Both the position numbers and the translations under genes were made by a program. 28,202 nt of DNA, from NCBI GenBank assembly GCA_016795125.1, contig JAEUIG010000343.1:1-28202 (forward strand), in the 5' to 3' direction. The notes under the pieces are model-generated. The model did no database searches. It saw nothing but the letters and a program-made list of their open reading frames with translations, and was not told where the DNA came from. Shown here one piece after another: positions 8,356-16,805 of this stretch; within the stretch, counting starts at the first letter, position 1; each line of letters begins with the position of its first letter. Source of the stretch: Planctomycetaceae bacterium (GTDB lineage Bacteria; Planctomycetota; Planctomycetia; Planctomycetales; Planctomycetaceae).

Positions 8356-8461
8356 AAGGGCCGAGGGGTCTAGGGTCCAGGGCTAAGGGTCACGGCTGCC
8401 CAGTCGCGTCAGTGGAAAACGCTCGCTTTCCCTTGACCCTTGGCTCTCAGCCCTTGACCCT
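8356..8461. repeat. Pair of inverted ~7-bp tandem arrays (AGGGnnn / nnnCCCT)
   Basis: AGGG at 8357, 8364, 8372, 8379, 8386; CCCT or CTCT at 8430, 8437, 8444, 8451, 8458; 38-bp spacer between arrays. Confidence 0.8.
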
Positions 8462-8464
8462 TCG

Positions 8465-9487
8465 TCACTTCACTTCCCACGTATCGCCGCTGTTGAACAG
8501 CTTGTTGACATCGCCGGGGCCGTACTTGGCGTTAATGTCGTTCACCTGCCGCATGACTTCGGCGTCATACGCCGGCCGCTCGACGCTCCGGAAGACGCCC
8601 ATCGGCTCGGGCAGATGCGGGTACCGCATGCGGGCCAGCAGGAACGCCAGGCTTGGATCGTCCGCCTTCTCGTCGTGGAAGATCAGATCGTCCTCTTTGA
8701 CTTCGTTCAGCGAGACCACCTGCGGCAGTCCGTCGCCGGTCAGACGGATGCCCTTGTCACGATTCGCGCCGAAGATCAGCGGCTTGCCGTGCTCCAGGTA
8801 GATGCAGTTCTCCACCTTCTGATCCTTCTTCGACGCGAAGTCGAAGGCGGCGTTGTTGAAGACGTTGCAGTCCTGATAGACCTCGACAAACGCGATGCCC
8901 TTGTGGTGCGCAGCGCGCTCCAGCACCATCGTCAGGTGCTGGATGTCCACGTCCACGCTGCGGGCGACGAACGTCGCTTCGCAGCCGATCGCCACGCTCA
9001 GCGGGCTGAGCGGGTTGTCGACCGAGCCGTAGGGCGTGCTCTTCGTTTTCTTGCCGACCGGACTGGTTGGCGAGTACTGCCCCTTGGTGAGGCCGTAGAT
9101 CTGGTTGTTGAACAGGATGATCTTCAGGTCGACGTTGCGGCGGAGCACATGCAGCATGTGATTGCCGCCGATCGAAAACCCGTCGCCGTCACCGGTGATC
9201 ACCCACACCGGCAGTTCCGGTCGGGCGATCTTGAGGCCCGTGGCGATCGCCGGCGCACGGCCGTGGATGCCGTGGAACCCGTACGTGTTCATGTAGTACG
9301 GAAACCGGCTGGAGCAGCCGATCCCGGACACGAACACGAAGTTCTCTTTCGGGATGCCCAGGGTCGGCAGGACCTTCTTGACCTGGGCCAGAATCGAGTA
9401 GTCGCCGCAGCGCGGGCACCAGCGGATTTCCTGGTCGCTCGCAAAGTCCTTGGCGGTCAAAACGGGTAACGAAACGTCGGTGCTCAT
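8465..9487 (-). CDS. korB: 2-oxoacid:ferredoxin oxidoreductase beta subunit
   Basis: WCPRCGD, GIGCSSR, HGRA, TPP-binding GDGD...N, YGLTKGQYSPT. Substrate specificity cannot be determined from sequence. Confidence 0.93.
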   Translation of the reverse strand: MSTDVSLPVLTAKDFASDQEIRWCPRCGDYSILAQVKKVLPTLGIPKENFVFVSGIGCSSRFPYYMNTYGFHGIHGRAPAIATGLKIARPELPVWVITGDGDGFSIGGNHMLHVLRRNVDLKIILFNNQIYGLTKGQYSPTSPVGKKTKSTPYGSVDNPLSPLSVAIGCEATFVARSVDVDIQHLTMVLERAAHHKGIAFVEVYQDCNVFNNAAFDFASKKDQKVENCIYLEHGKPLIFGANRDKGIRLTGDGLPQVVSLNEVKEDDLIFHDEKADDPSLAFLLARMRYPHLPEPMGVFRSVERPAYDAEVMRQVNDINAKYGPGDVNKLFNSGDTWEVK

Positions 9488-9500
9488 GGGTCTGCAGGAA

Positions 9501-9521
9501 TTGCTTGTTGCCGATTGCTTG
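9501..9521. repeat. Short 7-bp tandem array
   Basis: TTGCTTG TTGCCGA TTGCTTG between korA and korB. Confidence 0.45.
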
Positions 9522-9577
9522 CTTCAGACGGCTGGCGCTCGTTCTGCAATCGCCAACATGGTGTGTGTTCGGCGAAC

Positions 9578-11473
9578 TTAGCTCTTCAGCGTCTGCTCAA
9601 TCTTGCTGACGAGTTCACTGACGAGGAACGGCTTCCCCTGGATCTTGTTGTAGCCTTCAGCGTTCACCAGGTACTTGCCGCGGAGAATGAACCGCAGCTG
9701 TCCGGTGTTCAGCTCCGGCACCAGCACGCGCTTGTACCGCGAGAGGATGTCGCCGAGATTGCTCGGGAATGGATTGATGTAGCGGATGTGCGTGTGCGCC
9801 ACCGACAGGCCCTGCTTCTGGCACTGCTCGACCGCCGTCCACACCGCCCCGTAGGTGCCGCCCCAGCTCACCACCAGCAGGTCACCGGAATCCGGCCCGT
9901 TAACCGTCTGCTGCGGGATTGCGGCCGCAATGTTCTCCACCTTCTGACGGCGGATGTGGGTCATCCGCTCGTGATTCTCCGGATCGTAGGCCACGTTGCC
10001 GGAGATGTTGGCCTTCTCCAGGCCGCCGATGCGGTGTTCCAGTCCCGGGGTGCCGGGAATCGCCCACGGACGCACAAGCCGGTCGTCGCGCAGGTACGGC
10101 AGGTACTCGCCGTTCGCTCCGTTCGGCCCCGTGGGATGCCGCACGGGGATCGGCTGCAGGCTGCTGATCTCGGGAATCTTCCACGGCTCGGCGCCGTTGG
10201 CGATGTAGCCGTCCGTCAGCAGGAACACCGGCGTCATGAACTCCACCGCGATGCGCAGCGCTTCGAACATCATCGTGAAGCAGTCGCCGGGGGACTGCGC
10301 CGCGATCAGCGGCATCGGGCAGTCGCCGTTGCGGCCGAACATGCTCAGGAACAGGTCGGACTGCTCGGTTTTCGTCGGCAGTCCGGTGCTCGGTCCGCCG
10401 CGCTGCACGTTGATGATCACCATCGGCAGTTCGGTCATCACCCCCAGTCCGATGCCTTCGCCCTTCAGCGCGATGCCCGGTCCGCTGCTCGCCGTCACCG
10501 CCAGTGCGCCGCCGAACGACGCCCCGATAATCGAAGTGATCGCGGCGATCTCGTCTTCCGCCTGGAACGTCCGCACGCCGAAGTTCTTGAGCGACGACAG
10601 CTCGTGCAGAATGTCGCTGGCAGGCGTGATCGGATAGCCGCCGAAGAACAGCGTCTGGTTCGAGATGCGGGCCGCCACGGCCATCGCCATCGCCAGCGCT
10701 TCGTTGCCGGTGATCTTGCGGTACTTGCCGGGAGGCAGCTTGGCCTTGGAGACTTCGTAGTGGACCGTAAAGGATTCAGTCGAGAAGCCGTAGTTGTAGC
10801 CGGCGCGCAGCGCCCGCAGGTTGGCCTCCGCCACCGACGGGTTCTTCGAGAACTTGGAAGTGATCCAGTCCTCGGTCGGCTTGCGGTCCCGGTCGTACAG
10901 CCAGTAGACGAGTCCCAGAGCAAAGAAGTTCTTGCAGCGATCGGCTTCGCGCACCGACAGTCCCAGCCCGTCGACCGAATCGCGGGTCAGCCGGGTCATT
11001 GGCACCTTGTGCACGCGATAGGCATGCAGCGCGTTCCCCTCGGCCAGGGGGTTGGATTCGTAGTGCGCCTTCTGCAGGTTGCTGCGGTCGAACTCGTCTT
11101 CGTTGACGATCAGCGTGCCGCCGCGCTTCAGGTCGCCGACGTTGGTCTTGAGCGCCGCCGGGTTCATCGCGACCAGCGTGTCGACTTCGTCACCGGGCGT
11201 GTAGATGTCGTTCTTGGAGAAGCACAACTGGTAGCCGCTGACGCCCGCCAGCGAACCGGCCGGGGCGCGAATTTCGGCCGGAAAGTCCGGCAGCGTGCTG
11301 ACGTCGTTGCCGAACGCCGCCGACACGTTCGTGAACTGGGTGCCGACGAGCTGCATGCCGTCGCCGCTGTCCCCGCAGAAGCGGATGACGACGGTATCGA
11401 CCTGTTCGGTCACCTTGCCGGGCGCTCCGTTGGATTGCGCCGCCATTTCTGCTGCTTCCGTTGTCGCTGACAT
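9578..11473 (-). CDS. korA: 2-oxoacid:ferredoxin oxidoreductase alpha subunit (gamma-alpha fusion)
   Basis: [51 protein letters not shown]. Start placed at ATG 11473 (MSATTE). Confidence 0.94.
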   Translation of the reverse strand: MSATTEAAEMAAQSNGAPGKVTEQVDTVVIRFCGDSGDGMQLVGTQFTNVSAAFGNDVSTLPDFPAEIRAPAGSLAGVSGYQLCFSKNDIYTPGDEVDTLVAMNPAALKTNVGDLKRGGTLIVNEDEFDRSNLQKAHYESNPLAEGNALHAYRVHKVPMTRLTRDSVDGLGLSVREADRCKNFFALGLVYWLYDRDRKPTEDWITSKFSKNPSVAEANLRALRAGYNYGFSTESFTVHYEVSKAKLPPGKYRKITGNEALAMAMAVAARISNQTLFFGGYPITPASDILHELSSLKNFGVRTFQAEDEIAAITSIIGASFGGALAVTASSGPGIALKGEGIGLGVMTELPMVIINVQRGGPSTGLPTKTEQSDLFLSMFGRNGDCPMPLIAAQSPGDCFTMMFEALRIAVEFMTPVFLLTDGYIANGAEPWKIPEISSLQPIPVRHPTGPNGANGEYLPYLRDDRLVRPWAIPGTPGLEHRIGGLEKANISGNVAYDPENHERMTHIRRQKVENIAAAIPQQTVNGPDSGDLLVVSWGGTYGAVWTAVEQCQKQGLSVAHTHIRYINPFPSNLGDILSRYKRVLVPELNTGQLRFILRGKYLVNAEGYNKIQGKPFLVSELVSKIEQTLKS

Positions 11474-11631
11474 TCGCAAGTAACTCCCGACGGTCCGGCC
11501 GGGCTGAAGCCGCACGGTGCGGCCGTTCCCGGCGTTTCCGAATTTTGATTCACGCGGCACGGCAGACTCCCTGAGTCCGGCGCCGACTGTTCAGCTCGAT
11601 TGCCCCGACGTGTGGGGCGATTGCTTCAGGC

Positions 11632-12117
11632 CTAAGCCCCCTCCCGTTCACGCACCGACAACAGGGCACTGGCCGCCTGATTATAGATGGTGGCCGGCAT
11701 CTGCTCGACGAGGTACGCGATCACTGACTTCACATCCACGATGCCCACCGGACATTGCTGGCCGTCGACGACCGGCAACCGGCGATACCCCCCCTGGTCC
11801 ATCAACCGCACCGCTTCAAACAATTGCGCCGTGGCAGACACCGTCTTCGGCGCGCTCGTCATGACTTTGCCCACAGGCGAGCGGAACTGGTCCGGAGCGA
11901 CAAGCAACTTCAGAAGGTCGCGCTCGGTGATGATTCCGACCAGCTTGCCGGAGTCGCAGACCAGGGCACAGCCGTGGCTGACGGCGCGCATCGCGGTCGC
12001 AGCCTGCTCCACGGTGTCGCCGGGACTTAGCTTTGGCACCTGCGTGAGCGTCAGTTCTCCGACGGTAGTCGTCGTGAACAGCGTCCGCAGATCGAATTGC
12101 GGGCCCGGCTCGGCCAT
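11632..12117 (-). CDS. Stand-alone CBS-pair protein
   Basis: HGCALVCDSGKLVGIITERD, VMTSAPKTV, YRRLPVVD...GIVDVKS. Confidence 0.9.
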   Translation of the reverse strand: MAEPGPQFDLRTLFTTTTVGELTLTQVPKLSPGDTVEQAATAMRAVSHGCALVCDSGKLVGIITERDLLKLLVAPDQFRSPVGKVMTSAPKTVSATAQLFEAVRLMDQGGYRRLPVVDGQQCPVGIVDVKSVIAYLVEQMPATIYNQAASALLSVREREGA

Positions 12118-12189
12118 CGCTTGTGATTTTTCCGCCCGGAGTCAGCCGGTCGTCCGACCAGCTTTCCCAAATTGCCGTCGTCTGCATCC

Positions 12190-12217
12190 ATTCTTGCATC
12201 TTCTCGGTATCTTGCAA
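12190..12217 (-). promoter_or_regulatory. Possible promoter of the CBS-korAB unit
   Basis: Minus strand: TTGCAA, 16-bp spacer, AAGAAT, with TGn before the -10. The first -10 base deviates from consensus. Confidence 0.3.
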
Positions 12218-12454
12218 AGGTCGCAACGACGGAAATCCCCCTTGCGGCTCCGCGATTCTCAATCTCTGGATTCCACAATCTTCTCAGGGCAAATCTCCGG
12301 TACGAACCTCTCGCCCCCCAACTCCAAATCGCCCGGCAGATTCCATCGTCCGACCTCCCTTCTCCGCCTCCCGTCCTCATCTTGCCGCGTCTCGGAAGAC
12401 GTGGGATAACTCGCCCCTCAATCGCCGGCATTCCGCCTGCGCGCCGAGTATCCC

Positions 12455-14761
12455 GTGGATCCTCCCTCCCCACAACTCGTCGGTCGACTCGTCGCCAGCG
12501 GGCTCTGTCAGCCGCGCGATCTGAGGAGATGCCGTGCGCGCGTGCGCCGGCTGGCCCGCGACGTTCCGTTGTTCGAAACCGTCTGGCTCGACGCGCTCGT
12601 CCAGGAACGCAAGCTGACCGCCTACCAGGCCGAGGTCCTCGCCACCGAGCATCCCGAACAGCTGACGGTCGGCCCGTTCGTGCTTGTGGATCGCCTGGGC
12701 GAGGACGGGAGGTTCTCGCACTTCCAGGCGCGGCGACGCGACGCCGCCGCTCTGTTCCTGCTGAGCCGGCCATCCCGCGATTCCGACTCGCTGCAGGCCG
12801 GCGCCGACCGGCTGCAGGCGTTTCGCGACCGTACGGCGTCCCTCGCGCATCCCGGACTGGCGCTGCTGCACGGATTCGAACACGTCGACAACCGCCTGTG
12901 GGTCGCCAGTCCGTGGACTCCCGGCGCCACCTTACAGCAGTTGATTGTGCGGCGCGGACGATTTCCTGCCGCCTGCGTCGCCGCCATCGGCCTGCAGGTG
13001 TCCGAAGCGCTGGCCACGCTCCAGCAGGCGGGCGCCGTACATGGCGATGTGCGGCTGCGCAACGTCAAGCTGACGCCGCGCGGACACGCCGTGCTGATCG
13101 TTCCCGGGTTGAAGACCGCGTTCTTTCCGGAACAGTCGATCCACACCGCCGTGCCGCCGGACGACTGCGACGGCGTCGCGCCCGAACTCATCGGGACGGG
13201 ACAACCGGCGTCGCCGGCGTCCGACGCCTACGCCCTCGGCTGTCTGCTGTGGGAACTTCTGGCCGGCCGCCCTCCGTTCCCGCATGGCGATCCTCTCGGA
13301 AAGCTGTCCGCACACCAGACACAGCGCATCCCGGACATTCGCGACTGGGCGCCGGACACGCCCGCCGGGCTGGCCAGCCTGATTCTTTCGCTGACCGACA
13401 GGCAACCGGCCGCGCGACCGCAGAACTTTCGAGAAGTCACAGGCGCACTCCAGAGCGTGAGGCGCGCGTCCCGTGGCCAGGTGGTGCAGTTCATACGCGG
13501 CGACAGCACCGCCCTGCCCGTCAGCCACGCTGACCGCCCGCCGTCCCGCGCCGGTGCGACGGCGCTTGCGGCAGCGGTCGCCCTGCTCGCGGCGGCCGGC
13601 CTGTTCCTCGCACAGCCAGCCGCACGGAACGAACTGCTCAGTATCACCCAGCGCTCAACAAAAACTTCCGCGCCGGCCCCGACGGCGGCAGAAGTCCCGG
13701 CTGCCGAAACTGAACCGGTGGCCGCCTCCACGACGTCTCGCTTCCAGCCGCTGCCCGATCCGGACGCGCGCGGCGTGATCGAGCTGCAAGGCCGCGGACC
13801 GTATTCGACCCGTGATTTGTCGTTCCCGCGCAAACTTGTCATCCGGGGCACCGGCACCGAGCGCCCCGTCATCCTCATCGACGGCACGGCGCTGCGCATC
13901 ACGGCGCAGCAGCTCATTCTCGACAATCTGGAGATTCGGAGCCGGACATCGGCCGCCGGCGGCGATGCCGAAACCTCCCCATTGTTACACGTCGACGTTG
14001 AGCAGTTGGCCATCAGGCGCTGCCTGTTCGACCAGAGCCCGGCCGCGGGGGCCGGAATTGTCTGGACGGTGCCGGACAACGCGACCGCGAGCAGCCTGAT
14101 TGTCGCGCAGACCGTGTTTTCCAGCTGCGGCCCGGCGCTCAAGACAATCGGGCCTCCGCCGTCGGCGTCGTTCGACAACGTGCTCCACTGCGGTCAGGGA
14201 GCGCTGTTCGAGTACACAGCCAGCGACCGCAGCCGGCGGACCGTCGACACCATCATGCGGCGCGTGACACACCGTGGGCGCGGCCCGTTGATCGCCTGTC
14301 GGCTCGGGCAGGTGGACCGGTTTCTCGACACACTGACGCTGACCCTCGAGGACTGCGTCTGTGCGCCCGATCGCTCGGCCTTGATCGAGTTCCTCGGACC
14401 GGATGCGCCGGCCGACTGGCAGCGGCAACTGCAGATCACCGGGGAAGGCTCGCTGGTTCCGGTGAACGCCGAGATCGTCGGCCTCAGGCTTGCCGATGAC
14501 CGTCTGCGTCCGCTGCCCACAACCGACGTCGCCATCGAAGGGCTGATGGAGTCCGATCTCGGATTTGCCGGCGCTGCGGACGGATTGCCGTCGCACTCCA
14601 CGCTGGTCCGCTCGGCAGGCTACAGCCGCTCGGCGCGTCCTCCCGGCATCGACGCCGCCCAGTTACCGGTCGCCACACCCGGCGCCTACAATTCCGGGAG
14701 CCTCGCCGTCCAGCACGATCGACCGCCTGAAAACGGCGTGCCGCAAGCGACCAGTCCCTAG
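12455..14761 (+). CDS. Membrane-anchored Hanks-type Ser/Thr kinase homolog, predicted pseudokinase, with extracytoplasmic domain
   Basis: Kinase fold markers HGDxxxxN, APE, SDAYALGCLLWELLAGRPPF and RP are present. The beta-3 Lys, alphaC Glu and DFG Asp are missing. One TM (ALAAAVALLAAAGLFL), then a C-terminal domain resembling a beta-helix. Confidence 0.85.
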   Translation: MDPPSPQLVGRLVASGLCQPRDLRRCRARVRRLARDVPLFETVWLDALVQERKLTAYQAEVLATEHPEQLTVGPFVLVDRLGEDGRFSHFQARRRDAAALFLLSRPSRDSDSLQAGADRLQAFRDRTASLAHPGLALLHGFEHVDNRLWVASPWTPGATLQQLIVRRGRFPAACVAAIGLQVSEALATLQQAGAVHGDVRLRNVKLTPRGHAVLIVPGLKTAFFPEQSIHTAVPPDDCDGVAPELIGTGQPASPASDAYALGCLLWELLAGRPPFPHGDPLGKLSAHQTQRIPDIRDWAPDTPAGLASLILSLTDRQPAARPQNFREVTGALQSVRRASRGQVVQFIRGDSTALPVSHADRPPSRAGATALAAAVALLAAAGLFLAQPAARNELLSITQRSTKTSAPAPTAAEVPAAETEPVAASTTSRFQPLPDPDARGVIELQGRGPYSTRDLSFPRKLVIRGTGTERPVILIDGTALRITAQQLILDNLEIRSRTSAAGGDAETSPLLHVDVEQLAIRRCLFDQSPAAGAGIVWTVPDNATASSLIVAQTVFSSCGPALKTIGPPPSASFDNVLHCGQGALFEYTASDRSRRTVDTIMRRVTHRGRGPLIACRLGQVDRFLDTLTLTLEDCVCAPDRSALIEFLGPDAPADWQRQLQITGEGSLVPVNAEIVGLRLADDRLRPLPTTDVAIEGLMESDLGFAGAADGLPSHSTLVRSAGYSRSARPPGIDAAQLPVATPGAYNSGSLAVQHDRPPENGVPQATSP

Positions 14762-14788
14762 TCCAACGACCATCGTCCATCGACTCTG
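14754..14788. repeat. 7-bp tandem array upstream of panC
   Basis: GTCCCTA GTCCAAC GACCATC GTCCATC GACTCTG; contains the kinase stop codon. Confidence 0.6.
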
Positions 14789-14789
14789 C

Positions 14790-15689
14790 ATGTCAGCCGC
14801 GGAACACTTCCTCGTCATAACGCAGATCGCGGAACTGCGGCGCGTGATCGCCGCAGCGCGCAAGGACGGACACCGCATCGGCTGCGTGCCGACAATGGGC
14901 GCTTTGCACGCGGGACACATCAGCCTGTTTGCGCGGACGCGCCAGTTGGCTGATGTCGTCGTCGCCACCATCTTCGTCAATCCCTCGCAATTCGCCGCCA
15001 ACGAAGATCTGAGCAGGTATCCACGGCCGCTCGAGGCCGACCTCAATGCCTGCCGTGAAGCCGGCGTCGAGATCGTCTTCCTCCCGAGCGTCGAGTCGCT
15101 GTATCCGCCGGCCTTCGACACCTGGGTAAAAGTCGAAGGCCTGTCAGCCACGCTCGAAGGCGAGATCCGGCCCGATCATTTTCGCGGCGTCGCGACCATC
15201 GTCCTCAAGCTGTTCAACATCGTGCAGCCGGACAGCGCCTGTTTCGGTCAGAAGGACTTCCAGCAGCAGGCCCTGATCCGCCGCATGGTCCGCGATCTCG
15301 ACGTGCCGGTCCAGATCGTCACCTGTCCGACAATTCGCGAAGCGGACGGATTGGCGCTCAGCAGCCGCAACGCCTACCTGAATCCGGCCGAACGCCGTGC
15401 CGCGACGGTCCTGTCGCGCGGATTGCGGCTCGCCGAAGTCCAGTTGCGCGGCGGCAATCCGGATGTCGCGGCAGTGCGCGAGAACGTGCGCCTGCTGCTG
15501 GCTGCAGAATCGCTCGTCCATCCGGACTACGTCGCCGTCGTCGATCCCGATTCACTGGCGCCGCTCGAACAGCCCCAGTCCCGCATGGCGGTCCTGCTGG
15601 CGGCCCGAGTCGGCTCCACACGCCTGATCGACAACTGCCTCATCGACCGCCATTCGTCCGAGCCATCGACCCTAGTCCCTGGACCCTAG
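14790..15689 (+). CDS. panC: Pantoate--beta-alanine ligase
   Basis: PTMGALHAGH, FVNPSQF, RPDHFRGV, FGQKDFQQ, READGLALSSRNAYL, RLIDN. Start at ATG 14790. Confidence 0.97.
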   Translation: MSAAEHFLVITQIAELRRVIAAARKDGHRIGCVPTMGALHAGHISLFARTRQLADVVVATIFVNPSQFAANEDLSRYPRPLEADLNACREAGVEIVFLPSVESLYPPAFDTWVKVEGLSATLEGEIRPDHFRGVATIVLKLFNIVQPDSACFGQKDFQQQALIRRMVRDLDVPVQIVTCPTIREADGLALSSRNAYLNPAERRAATVLSRGLRLAEVQLRGGNPDVAAVRENVRLLLAAESLVHPDYVAVVDPDSLAPLEQPQSRMAVLLAARVGSTRLIDNCLIDRHSSEPSTLVPGP

Positions 15690-15695
15690 ACCAGC
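15661..15695. repeat. 7-bp tandem array at the panC 3' end
   Basis: AGCCATC GACCCTA GTCCCTG GACCCTA GACCAGC; contains the panC stop codon. Confidence 0.7.
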
Positions 15696-16793
15696 ATGCG
15701 CCAGACGCTCTTCCGACTCTCACTTCACGATCCCTGGGCGTTGTGGACGACCGACGCTGCGACCGGCCTGCCTCTGCTGGGCGTCTGTATCCTGCTGGCG
15801 ATCCTGGCCGTGGGCTGGACCTTCGGCCAGTGGTGGTTCGACGGCCGCAAGTGGTCCCGGCCGCTCACGCAGTCGGCACTTGGCTGGGTCGCCGCCATCG
15901 GCGTGCTCTCGCTGCCGGCAGTCGCGACGCGCATCCCGGTCGCCAGCGTGCCGGTCTTCGGCTACGGGTTCATGCTGCTGCTGGGGTTCCTGAGTGCCCT
16001 CGGTTTTGCACGGCGGCAGGCCCGGCTGGCGGGCATTGATCCGGAACTGATGCACGAGATGGGGTACTGGCTGCTGATTCCGGGCGTCATCGGCGGCCGT
16101 CTCGCCTACCTGGTGCAACATGGAGACGGCGTGTTTTTCGATCATGCCGGGCAACCACTGAGCGGCGCCGCCATGCTGTTCGCGGCCGTCAACCTCTCCA
16201 ACGGAGGCCTGGTGCTGATCGGTGCGATGGTGGGCGGCGCGGTCGGGTACTTTGCGTTCTGTCATCGGCGGCGACTGCCGGCCCTGGCCCTGGCCGATGT
16301 CATCGTCCCGTCGATCTTCATCGGCATCGCCTTTGGCCGACTCGGGTGCCTGCTCAATGGCTGCTGCTTCGGCGACGCCTGCTCGCTCCCGTGGGGCATC
16401 ACGTTCCCGAATGGCAGCGTGCCGTTTGAGGTCCTCGCTGAACGCGGGTTCGTCGATCCGCGCGCCGCAGCAACGATGCCGCTGCATCCGACGCAGATCT
16501 ACATGTCGATCGACGGCGTCCTGTTGGCGATCATCACCGCGCTGTATTTTCGAGTCCGAACCCGGCCGGGAGATGTGCTGGCACTTGGCTGCATCCTGTG
16601 CGCCATCACGCGGATCCTGGTCGAATTCCTCCGCAACGACGAAATGGGCCAGCTCGGCACACGCTTTACCATTTCCCAGTATTACAGCCTGGGCATCCTG
16701 GCCGCCGGGATCGGGATCGCGATCTACCTGCGCACGTCACGCACGCCCGCAAGCGCCCAGCCGGATCCCGCACTTCGTCCGGCCAGCACTTGA
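15696..16793 (+). CDS. lgt: Prolipoprotein diacylglyceryl transferase
   Basis: YGFMLLLG, GGRLAY, GRLGCLLNGCCFG, WGITFP, HPTQIY, RILVEFLR; many TM segments. Confidence 0.92.
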   Translation: MRQTLFRLSLHDPWALWTTDAATGLPLLGVCILLAILAVGWTFGQWWFDGRKWSRPLTQSALGWVAAIGVLSLPAVATRIPVASVPVFGYGFMLLLGFLSALGFARRQARLAGIDPELMHEMGYWLLIPGVIGGRLAYLVQHGDGVFFDHAGQPLSGAAMLFAAVNLSNGGLVLIGAMVGGAVGYFAFCHRRRLPALALADVIVPSIFIGIAFGRLGCLLNGCCFGDACSLPWGITFPNGSVPFEVLAERGFVDPRAAATMPLHPTQIYMSIDGVLLAIITALYFRVRTRPGDVLALGCILCAITRILVEFLRNDEMGQLGTRFTISQYYSLGILAAGIGIAIYLRTSRTPASAQPDPALRPAST

Positions 16794-16805
16794 TTCGCGG
16801 ACGCC

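Noticed and set aside
9515-11470. 651-aa plus-strand ORF
   Set aside because: Antisense shadow of korA caused by high-GC codon bias.
12351-12378. CGACCTC CCTTCTC CGCCTC CCGTCCTC as a heptamer array
   Set aside because: Irregular unit lengths in a pyrimidine-rich tract; too degenerate to call.
12172-13533. 453-aa Arg-rich ORF overlapping the kinase
   Set aside because: Alternative frame of GC-rich coding DNA; Arg/Pro/Ala-rich with no motifs.
14565-14789. 75-aa N-terminal extension of PanC
   Set aside because: It overlaps the kinase 3' end; the PanC-like sequence starts at ATG 14790.
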